Shown: piece by piece, positions 53,454-64,000 of the stretch
Layout: each line of letters starts with the position of its first letter
Numbering within the stretch: position 1 is the first letter of the stretch
Source: Piromyces finnis finn
Lineage: Eukaryota; Fungi; Neocallimastigomycota
Assembly: GCA_002104945.1 (NCBI GenBank)
Contig: MCFH01000055.1
Span: forward strand, 1-64,000
Length of the DNA: 64,000 bases
Direction of reading: 5' to 3'
Position numbers and translations under genes: made by a program
Notes under the pieces: model-generated
Databases searched by the model: none
What the model saw: only the letters and a program-made list of their open reading frames with translations
Told to the model about the DNA's origin: nothing

Positions 53454-56400
53454 TTAGATTTTCTTTAAGAATATCTTATTTGTATAATCAAACATTCTTG
53501 GACCAGGTAGATCTTTAGTTAGAGGGTCAGCTAACATTTCTTTAGTATTTACATATTCGATTTTTATATTGTTCTTTTCTATGTTGTCAATAATGAAGTG
53601 GTAGTGTATATTTATGTGTTTTAACTTTGTGTTTATTTCACCGTTTTCTATTATTTTCTTGCTTGCCTTGTTGTCGGTGAATAAAGTTATATTTTTGTTG
53701 TAATTAAAAATTTCGTCTACCATGTTTTTGATCCATAAGATTTTCTTCGTATTCATGGACGTACTAATGTACTCAGCCTCAGCGGTAGATGTTGCCACAC
53801 AAGTTTGTTTCTTGGATAACCAGCATATTGGGCTATTTCCCATTAGGATTATCCCTCCAGAGGTAGATTTAAAGTCTTCTGCGCCTCCGTAGTCCGAATC
53901 AGTGTATCCTTGTATTTTTCCTTCTCCACTGTATTCGATTTTGTAATGTTTGGTAGTAGATAAGTATCTGAAAATATTTACAATTGTATTCCAGTCAGAT
54001 ACTGTTGGATTTTCAGATTTTCTTGCAGCTTTGTTTACTGCAAACGCTATATCCGGTCTTGTACATTTTGACAGATATATTAATGCACCTATTGCACTTT
54101 TATATTTTGTTTTATCAAATTGGTTATTATTTGAGGTGTTCTTGTCGGTTGTTGTACATGGCGTATTTCTTCTACGTACGTTTTCCATATGAAATCTTTG
54201 TAATACATTATTAATGTAATTCTCTTGGGAAATAATGTATTTGGATCCTTTCTTTTCAATCTTTATTCCTAGAATGTAACTAATAGGGCCGCTATTTGAT
54301 ATTTTAAATCTACTTTTAATTTTGCTTATTACTCTCTCTATTGTATTTGTTTTTCCAATTATAACCATGTCGTCTACATATAGACCAATTATACATTTTA
54401 CGTATTTATTTTCTTTTAACGTATAAATACATGGTTCGGATTTTAATGGTTTAAAGTTATTATTTTTCAGGAATTTATCTATTGTTTTATTCCATTGTCT
54501 TCCTGATTGTTTTAAACCATAGAGAGCTTTATTCAGCTTCCAGTATCCTCCCCCAAAGTTGCTATCTCCAAGCGGAATTGTGGTATAAATGTCTGTATCC
54601 AATGGAGCATTGAGGTAGGCAGCTTTTATATCAAGCTGATATATATCCCACTTAAATTTTGCAGCAATAGCAATAATAAATTTTAGACTGTCAATATTTA
54701 ATGTAGGGGAATAGGTTAAGTCAAAATCAATACCCTGTTTTTGACGGAAACCTCTAGCGACAAGTCTAGCTTTAAAACGTACTATATTATTATTGCTGTC
54801 CCTTTTAACAGCAAAAACCCATTTGGTAGATATAATATTCTTGTTTTTTGGGATATTTTTAACCAGGGACATAATTTTGTTAGAATGTAAATTATTTAAT
54901 TCATCTTGAATGGCTGCTTTCCAATATTTAGAATTCGTGCAAGACATAGCTTCTTTGTACGTAGTGGGAGCATCAGTAAAAACGGTAGCTATAAATTTGT
55001 TTTTGTGCTTCTTAGGAGTACTGGAATCATTCAGAGGGGTAGGACTGCAAGGCTTTTTTCTTTCAGGATGGTAGGAATCATCAGATTTATCGGCCATGAT
55101 ATCATCCATGATATCATTTTCATCTTCCAAGTTTGGATCAGGATCATCCATAGATTTATTGTCATCTGAGATATAATAATGGGAATCACGTGTCATATCA
55201 GGAGAATCAGAGATTTTTGAATTTAAATTTTTATTATGATTAATATCCATATTATCAGAGTAGGTAGAATTATTCTGTGTAACGTTAGAAATTTTGCTAG
55301 AATTATGACGTGGATTATATGGTTTATCATCCAATAGAATGTCTTCATTTTTATTTTGAATTTTTGAAAAATTTTTATTAATAAAAATTTTTTCACTATG
55401 ATCAGTATTAGGATATTCAGTAGTATTTTCACCAGTATTTTTGGTATAGGAAATATTTTCGGTGATAAAATATTCAGTAGGAGAATTTTTATAATATTCA
55501 GGATTTTTAATGATTTCATTTTTGTTTTTGTCGGCAAGAGTATTACCAGAACAAACGTAATCGGGACCAGGAGTTACAGGATATTGGTATTTATTATTTT
55601 CGTCAATATTATTAGAGATTTTGTAATTTTTCTTTTCGAAATTGCAATTGTCATTTGCAATTTCTTCTAAAACTTTTAAAATGTCATTTGTAAATTTATT
55701 TTTATTAAATTTCGAATTTGAATTATTATTTTTGTTTTTGGTTTGAGTGTCGCTTTTTAAATTGCTGTTTAAATTGTTTTTTGAATTTTCTTCAATTTTG
55801 GAATTAATATTAGTCTTTATATTAGTTTCTTCTTTTTCTTTGGTAGTTATTTCTCCGTCTTTATATTTGGTATTTTCATAAGCTGGGTCCTCGTCCATAT
55901 TGTTGTTATTACCTTCTTCAACCATTTCTTCTTCTACTTCTTCTTTTTCTATTTCTTCTTTTTCTATTTCTTCTTCATCATTATTATTGGAGTGGATATT
56001 CACCATTTTCTTGGAAGTAGTCCTTTCTGTGTTATTATTTTCTTTATTTATGATTGAATTTGTATCCGTATTGTTGTTGTTCTTTGATGATTCTGAGGGG
56101 TCCTTTCTGTCGTAATTATTGATATTATATGAATCATTAAAAGAGAAATACGGATCGTTTATATTTTTATTTTTATAATTATAATGTGCCGGCTTATCTT
56201 CACAGCATTCTATTTCCCTAGAATAGTGGATTTTAAGTTTATCACCACATATCTCCATGACGATATATGAGTGATGTGCTTCACTGAACCCAAGAAATAT
56301 TCCTTCCTTCGAGTTAGGCGCAAATTTTGACTTTTTAAGAGAATAGTCCTTAAAGTAGCATATGCATCCAAATACCTTTAGGTATTTTAGATCGGCTTCC

Positions 56401-58726
56401 TCGTTCGTAAACACTTCATCAGGAATTAAGTTATCGTTTCCTTGGTGTGGTATTTTGTTGTAAATATAACAAGAATATTTAACAGCAAAACTCCAAAAGT
56501 CTTCAGATAATTTAGCCCAATATAAAAGCGTTTTAGCAGAATTTTGAATAGTTTGGTTTATTCTTTCTGCTTTACCATTTAATTCATGTATGTAAGGAGG
56601 TGAATTTATCTTAGATATACCGTTTTCCTTACAATATTTTATAACTTTACTACTATTATACTCTTTTGCACCATCTGTCTTGAATGTTTTGACTTTATAT
56701 TTGTCAAAAGTATTATTGGCATTCTTTAGGAATTCAATAATAATGTCCGGTGCCTCAGACCTTGACTTGAGAGTATAAATCCAGAGTTTTCTTGAGTATT
56801 CATCCAGCATAGTCATAAAATACTTCTTATTATTGACGGATGAATTAAACGGGCCTGAAATATCGGAGTGAATAGTCTCTAGAACTCTTCCGGCTTTGGG
56901 TACGGTTTTGTTATGTGGAGACTTCTTCATTTTAGATATTTTACAGTCTAGGCAAGGAGTTACTTTAATTTTATGTTGTTTTAGGTATTTCTTCAGATCC
57001 TTCTGGTAGAAATGGCCTAATCTCTTATGCCATATACCTAAATCATCTTCAAAGTTTGCAATAAATGGTTCATTTATCTTTTTATTAATGTTTATGAGCT
57101 TAATTTTAAATTGATTTAATTCATTTGAATACGTTTGCATTATATTTTTATTTTCAGAGTCCTTGAAAATAAGCCTGACTTTTCCATCATCAGTAATATC
57201 TATAATGCTTCTTAAACCAACTTTAGCAAGTCCTACACCACTAATTAAATTCTTGCTAACTTTGTCTGAGTACAAAACTTTTTCTAACTTGTAAGTTTTG
57301 TCTTTTACCTTAAACTCATATGAACCATAACCACTAAATTCACATGTAGTTCCATTTGCACATCTAAGTTGAATGTGCTCTTCTGTGAAGTTCTCTAGAA
57401 TGTCCTTATTATTAACGATATGTTCGGCGGCACCAGTATCATAGAACCATTCGTCGTATTTATTTTCTCCATACACATAATCTATATCCTTTGTGTTAGG
57501 AGTGTCTTCCTCTGTAACTTCATCCTTTTCAATTAGGTAGATATTTCTTTCTGTCAGAGGTCTGATATCTTCGAATTCTACGTTAATTCCATAATTTTCA
57601 TTATCGTCATAGTCTTCGACGAAATCTACTTCTTGTTCGAATTTCTTTTGTTGTTTTTTCTTGTGAACTTGCCTCCCTTGTTGTGAATTTCTCTTTTGTT
57701 TACTTTGGTTAAAGGCCCTGTTGTTGTTTTTTCTTTGGTCCCTTTCCATTTTGGCCTTTTGGTTGTATTCACACATTTCGGTAGAGTGTCCATGTTCACA
57801 GCAGATATGGCAGTAGGTACGGTGGCTTCTGTTTATATTTCTTCTATTACCGTAGCTTTTATTCTTTGTTGATTTGTTTTCTCTACTAACAAAATCAACA
57901 TCCATTGGATCATCAACTTCGTCATCTTCATCTTGGTCGTTGTTGGTCCAATCTTCGAAGTAGGATTTAGCGTTGATGTAACTTTTGACCTTCTCATAGA
58001 GCTGATCATAAGTTTCATCTAAGGTTACACTTACTTGGTTCTTGACACTTCTTGGAAGGGAATTGTACATATATTTTAGTTTTTCCCTTTCACTTAAGGA
58101 CATTCTTTGTTCAGACATCTCAAGGAAGATTTCCCTGACATTATCAATGGTTTTACTGACTTTGCTTACATCTTCAGTATGTAATTTTCTTAACTTTTTT
58201 AGCCAGTATTCGATGTCTGCATTAGCGTTACCGTATTTTGTATTCAACTTCTTGAATACTTGGTAACAGCTAGTATTATGACCGATCTCTCTGAGGATCT
58301 TCTCATCCACATTTTGAATGATCATAAGGTGTGCATCAGCATTAAGACTTTCAGCTGCTGATACTATCTCGGCCTTATAAATTGGCGAGTTTGCCAATTT
58401 ATTGGCGGCTACAACATTAATGTTATTAATGTTGCTGCTTGGGTTTGCGTCCTCCCCCATAGCTTTAGTGAAGGTTTTGTAAACGGACGCGAGTAAGTTA
58501 TTAGTACGGTAGTTAGCAATAATTTTTACAATAGCCATAGTGTAAACATCTTTAAGATTAAAGTCTATCTTAAAGCTGTCGTCTTTGATGGTTCCAACAA
58601 TGTCATAATCAAGATAGCTAGTTAGACCCTGTCTAGAAGCAGCTGACTTGATTAAAAGACTCCAAGTGTCAAAGTTGGATTTTCCATGAAGACGTTGATT
58701 ATTGGCTAAATTAATTGCTGGGACAT
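53454..58726 (-). CDS. Copia Gag-Pol; likely true start at 58726 with a 1-nt deletion in codons 2-3
   Basis: Knuckle CHICCEHGHSTEMC, protease FYDTGA, integrase D..G/E core, RT YVDDM and RH YTDSD..STAEAEY. Gag-like coding (AINLANNQRLHGKSNFDTW) extends upstream of Met 58538. Confidence 0.9.
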
Positions 58727-58796
58727 ACTAAAATTTTAAACACACAAAAATTTTGCTTTAAATTTTTCTTAAGAAATTTTATTATTGATTAGAGTT

Positions 58797-58810
58797 TGAG
58801 ACTCTTAATC
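58797..58810 (-). promoter_or_regulatory. Internal-tRNA PBS complementary to the tRNA-Lys(CUU) anticodon arm
   Basis: GATTAAGAGTCTCA lies directly after the LTR; its complement TGAGA-CTCTTAA-TC has anticodon-arm geometry. Confidence 0.8.
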
Positions 58811-59079
58811 TGTGAAATAAATTTAATTAATAAATAATTTTATTAATAAGGTTAACAAAGAGGAAAAGTTACATTGTAAATATTACAGTTATATAATGAG
58901 ATGTAAGGTCATGTGACCATAGAAAATAAAATAAAATAAATAAAAAATAACTTTCTCTACAACACGTAGACATTACGTTTACAAGACTTTAAATACATGT
59001 TTATGTTTTTATAAAATAGTCACGTGTGTAATAAATATATGATATAGATAAATAAAATTATGTGTCCATAAATGTTCAC

Positions 59080-59080
<1 letters not shown>

Positions 59081-59146
<66 letters not shown>

Positions 59147-59170
59147 GTAATAATAATAATAATAATAATA

Positions 59171-59223
<53 letters not shown>
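59081..59223. repeat. (AAT)n microsatellite (continues at 53136-53171)
   Basis: Direct reading. Confidence 0.95.
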
Positions 59224-59935
59224 CTTTATAAAGAATTAATTTTATGAATTTAACTAAACTATTTATATTCTTTGTAAAATTTAATTTAATAATAAAATAA
59301 CTTTCGATACATAATTTGTTTTCATAACATATTTAATAATACTAAACTAAACATAAAAATAAAATATAATTTGTTAACTAGATATTAATAATATTAATAA
59401 TACTAACTATTATATAAATAATTATTTATAGTTAAAAATAGTATAATTTTTTAATTCAAAGATTATGAAATATTTTAATATTTTATTGAAATAATTATTA
59501 TAAAATGAAGTTATTATCTTCCCGAGGATTAAATTGGAAAAGATAATTTAGTTTTACAGAATGATTTATGAGTGATACATCAGAAGTGATCATTCTCTGA
59601 ATTATCAATAATCATTTGTGCATAAAAATTGTTAAACACGGTATCTCGCAAACCAGGAAAGATATCATGCTCGTGGCTTTCTAATGAACGTGGTTTCATC
59701 AAAGATAATTTCATCAAAAAACCAACATTCGTTGTCGAGCTATGAATGATTTTTGTTATTAAATTATGGTCTTAAGGGCTAAAGGTGTTTATAATAACCT
59801 TTATAGAGTGTTAAGATCGTATTACTTTAATTTTAATATTTACCAATATTGTTTTGTATTTTTTAAAATTTGATAAATATTAATTTTTTTAATATTTCAA
59901 AAGTAATTTCACAACTTCAACTAGTATTCGTGACA
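59224..59935 (+). mobile_element. LTR relic homologous to 2800-3606
   Basis: Shared blocks GTGATCATTCTCTGAAT, CGTGGCTTTCTAA and terminal CTAGTATTCGTGACA. Confidence 0.6.
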
Positions 59936-62129
59936 TGACCTGGAATTTATACTAAATATAGTATTTTCTGTTTGTTACATGTCACAAATAATAAATAATT
60001 AAATTTATAAATTAAATATATTATTATAATGAAATTATTTTAAACACAGATTAAAAGTAATTAAATTAGTATTAAAATATTTATATATAAAATCATTAGT
60101 TTTAAAATTATAAATGTAAACAAGAATTATTTTTTTTTCATTTGTTTATTAATTATCTATTTTAAAATATTAATATAACACTCTAAAATAGTATAAATGT
60201 ATAAATAGTGATAGAATTAGTTTATTTAAAAAATGTTCCTAATAATCCAGTAAAATTGGATATAAAATTTATGTTAAATAATATTTATAATTATATTTTA
60301 CATACATACAAGGTGTATCAATTAATAGTATATAAATATTTAATAATGCAAGAGTTATTAAATATTAAAATTTTATACTTGAATAAAATAAAATTATATT
60401 TTAAAAAAAACTAACAAAGACTTGGTAAATGAAAAAGTTTATTTATTTTTAATAATTTATTTATTAAATTTTAGATATAGATATTATCACTGTAAAGTGG
60501 GAGGGCTTGGGAGAGATATGTAACTTGGTCAGAGCGTTTCTTTATTATAACTTATAACTTAATTCAATAATTAAAATATTAAATTTATTTATTATTAAAC
60601 TTCTTCTTTAAAACGATTAAAGAATTTAAATAATAATAATAATACGAATTTATAATTAAATGATTTTATAATTAAAACCTTTTTATTTAATATGATTATT
60701 TATAAATTTCATTTATTAATGATTTGATTATTAAAATAATATTAATAATTGATATTGATATGAATTCATATGATAGCTCTTAAGATTAATCTTTAAAATT
60801 ACTTTTAAATAAAAAGTATTGTTTTAACCATATTAAATTGTAAATATTTAGTATTCTCAATCGAGAATAGAAATTAATGATACAAATTATATATTTTTAT
60901 GATGATTAATTAATTAATAATTATTATTAATTACTTTTTGACCATAATGATTTTTGATTTTATTTGATTTTGATTATTGAGGTTATTAGCCAGAAATTAT
61001 TTAAAATAAATACTAATTAATTTTTATTATTGATTGATTAGATTTGAAATTAAGAGTAATTATTATCTAACCTTATTTAATAATAATGGAGAATTTTTGT
61101 GAATATTTGTGAGTATATAAGTTTTAACTAGTACTTTCTAACAAAACTAATTTGACGTCCCTAGAAAACGGAAATAGGACGCAATATTCGGAAGTTATTA
61201 TTGTTTTCATATATTGTATATTTTGCATAAGGGTTAATTTATTGAAAATCGAATCCTTGTGATTCTTAACCCTTTCCAATATTAAATTTTTCCAAAGTGA
61301 CCTTTTAATTATTTTTAAGAGTATTTTATAATTTTTAAAATATAAAATTGGTTTTTAAATTATTTATTTGAATATTTAATTTATTATTAATTATCTTCTA
61401 TTCTTAACAATCACATTATATATTTATTTATAGAATTAAAATAATATCCACTTAGTATTATAAATTGTTGAGGTTCATAAATAAATTGTTGGAATAGTGG
61501 AATATCAATAAATAAGGTAGATAAATATAAAATAAAGTAAATTTATTAGTTATGCATAGGATTTATACTAGGATGGACTATACATCATTCACTTTACACT
61601 ACAAAATATATCGTTATTTTACTTTAGTCCAATATATTTTTAAATAATATAATATAATATTTTTAATAAATAATAAATTCTAGGATTTAGATGGAACAGT
61701 AAATTTAAAATAAAAGTGCGTTTTATAATTAACAAATAAATCTCTTTAAAACTTAAAAAATAAATTTATCAATTATGCTTTTAAATTATCTCTTTATTAT
61801 ATTTTTATTATTTTTATTGTTTATTCATTGTCCCCCCCTTTTAAAGGAGAAATTTATCCTCCCTTTATGCATTTTTCATTTATTACATTTATTACATTTA
61901 TTATTATTTTAACTATTTACTATTACTAATTACTATTGTTATTATTTGTTAAAATTAAAAGAATAAATTAAAATTATACTTTAGTATTATAAAATATTAC
62001 TTATTTGATCCTCTTTTACTTCAGAATGTTTAAACTTAAAAAAGAGTTATTATTAATTATCATTAACTATCATTAAATGTATAATACCTTAAATAAAATA
62101 ATTAAAATTTAAAATTAAAAGAATATTAA

Positions 62130-62360
62130 ACTAAAATGAAATTAAAATGAAACTAAAATAAAATTAAAATGAAACTAAAATAAAATTAAAATGAAACTAA
62201 AATAAAATTAAAATGAAACTAAAATAAAATTAAAATGAAACTAAAATAAAATTAAAATGAAACTAAAATAAAATTAAAATGAAACTAAAATAAAATTAAA
62301 ATGAAACTAAAATAAAATTAAAATGAAACTAAAATAAAATTAAAATGAAACTAAAATAAA
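62130..62360. repeat. 22-bp tandem repeat (AAATTAAAATGAAACTAAAATA), about 10 copies
   Basis: Direct reading. Confidence 0.9.
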
Positions 62361-63361
62361 AGTATCAATTATTATAAGCACTCATTTTATACAAAAACCA
62401 AAAACATAAAAGAATTCTGTATTTTATCCTTAAAATTACTATTATTGTTCTATTTCCAGGTTTAAGTTTGTCACTTTTAGTAATAATTACTCAATTATTT
62501 AATTATTAGTTTTTAAATATAATTTTAAAAGAATTTTTAAGGGACATTTGGATAAACACTAGAATTAATAATTTGATATACACCATTTTATTTGAATTTA
62601 TTCATTCATTTTTATTTATTATTTTATTATTTTAATATACTAATACACTATTTAATTAAGTTGTTTTATTTAATAATTTATTTATATTTATTTCTATTAA
62701 GTCATTTTATTCAGAATTTATTATTATTTATTTAATAAAGAGAATATTATTTATTTAAAAGGGTTATATTTTTATATAGTTATTATTCATTTATTTTAAA
62801 GGGTTATTGTTACTTATTTTTATTAAAAGTCACTATGGGTTAAGTCGTGTTTATTCGGTTAGTTTTTATTATATTTTTGTGCGAGTAGCGTATCAAGATG
62901 TAATAATTATTACTATATATTTAATAATAATTATTATCTACAATATAATGATATAATATGTATTATTAAATTGAGAAGTTTCTTAAAAGAAAATAAAGAA
63001 ATAAATACTTATCTTAAAGAGTTTATTATAAGTGAGCTATAATAAACAACACAAAATTTTAAAGATATTTTAGTTTAAATATTTTTATTAATATAGCTTT
63101 TTGAAAAAAGCTATTTACTATAATTGTCTTATAATAATAACTCTGGATTCTTTAATGGAATCCAAGAGTTCTCTTATTTATAATTTTATTAAAATTTAAA
63201 GTTAAATGAATAATTTCTAATCTTAACAAAAAATCTTTTTAGGAAAAGATTAGAAGAAAAACCTAAAAAGAAATTCGATTGATATCTTAGACATACCAAT
63301 CATCGTAATATTAAGTAAAACTTAATAAAGGAAAAACCTTAATATCTGATATTTCTAATTT

Positions 63362-63672
63362 ATTAAATAAAATAAAATAAAATAAAATAAAATAAAATAA
63401 AATAAAATAAAATAAAATAAAATAAAATAAAATAAAATAAAATAAAATAAATAAAATAAAATAAAATAAAATAAAATAAAATAAAATAAAATAAAATAAA
63501 ATAAAATAAAATAAAATAAAATAAAATAAAATAAAATAAAATAAAATAAAATAAAATAAAATAAAATAAAATAAAATAAAATAAAATAAAATAAAATAAA
63601 ATAAAATAAAATAAAATAAAATAAAATAAAATAAAATATAATAAAATAAAATAAAATAAAATAAAATAAAAT
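63362..63672. repeat. (AAAAT)n microsatellite
   Basis: Direct reading; source of the FILFY ORF. Confidence 0.95.
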
Positions 63673-64000
63673 GTTACATAATTTATAATTTGTGAAATTT
63701 TTGTATAATAATTTTACTAATAAATAAATAAATGGAAATGGATTATTAATCTCTAAATAAATACTATTAATTAAACTAAATATACGTAAAACCAATGTAT
63801 TAAATAAATTTACTATATTATTTAAATGAATGAATAAATATATTTTAAATAAATATTTATAATGTAATTAAATGAATAAGTAGTTAATGCATTAAGTAAA
63901 CTTACTATATTATATTAATGAATAAATAAATATATATTAAATAAATTCAATAAATTTTTATATAATGTTTAATTACATAATATAACTAAGAATGAATATT

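Larger units (their letters stand above)
53172..59080 (-). mobile_element. Ty1/copia LTR retrotransposon inserted in an (AAT)n microsatellite
   Basis: 270-bp LTRs 53172-53441 and 58811-59080, TSD ATAAT, PPT GAGGGGGAG and PR-IN-RT-RH domain order. Confidence 0.95.

Noticed and set aside
4872-58266. Short antisense or alternate-frame ORFs overlapping gag and pol (for example 7755, 13027, 21405, 34246, 43742, 53950)
   Set aside because: Shadow ORFs with no motifs; their conservation between C and D only reflects near-identity. No env-like ORF was seen.
58727-58796. TTTTAG before the copia gag as a 3' splice site
   Set aside because: No upstream exon or donor between the PBS and this site; a 1-nt deletion after ATG 58726 is simpler.

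Overview
Extremely AT-rich eukaryotic DNA, probably fungal: the tRNA-Arg(UCU) and tRNA-Glu(UUC) resemble yeast tRNAs. An anaerobic gut fungus (Neocallimastigomycota) is a plausible but unconfirmed source. I found no host protein-coding gene. The window is a tRNA-gene island filled with LTR retrotransposons. Elements A (3663-12071) and B (12075-19186) are Ty3/gypsy with separate gag and pol joined by a -1 frameshift signal. Elements C (20058-26953) and D (29288-36003) are near-identical single-ORF chromovirus-like Ty3/gypsy copies. Element E is a 5'-truncated Ty3/gypsy, and there is also a non-coding mini-LTR element, one Ty1/copia, several solo LTRs and simple repeats. There are six intact tRNA genes (Trp x2, Arg-TCT x2, Glu-TTC, elongator Met) and a tRNA-Glu remnant. 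The main signal is position- and orientation-specific integration 11-14 bp upstream of tRNA genes by at least two distinct LTR lineages, including a Tf1-type self-priming chromovirus, with three insertions stacked at one tRNA-Trp. Other highlights are a copia PBS matching the anticodon arm of tRNA-Lys(CUU), a dicistronic tRNA-Glu/tRNA-Arg unit and a UUUAAAC-plus-pseudoknot frameshift signal. All alignments and folds were done by eye, so boundaries of degenerate repeats are approximate.
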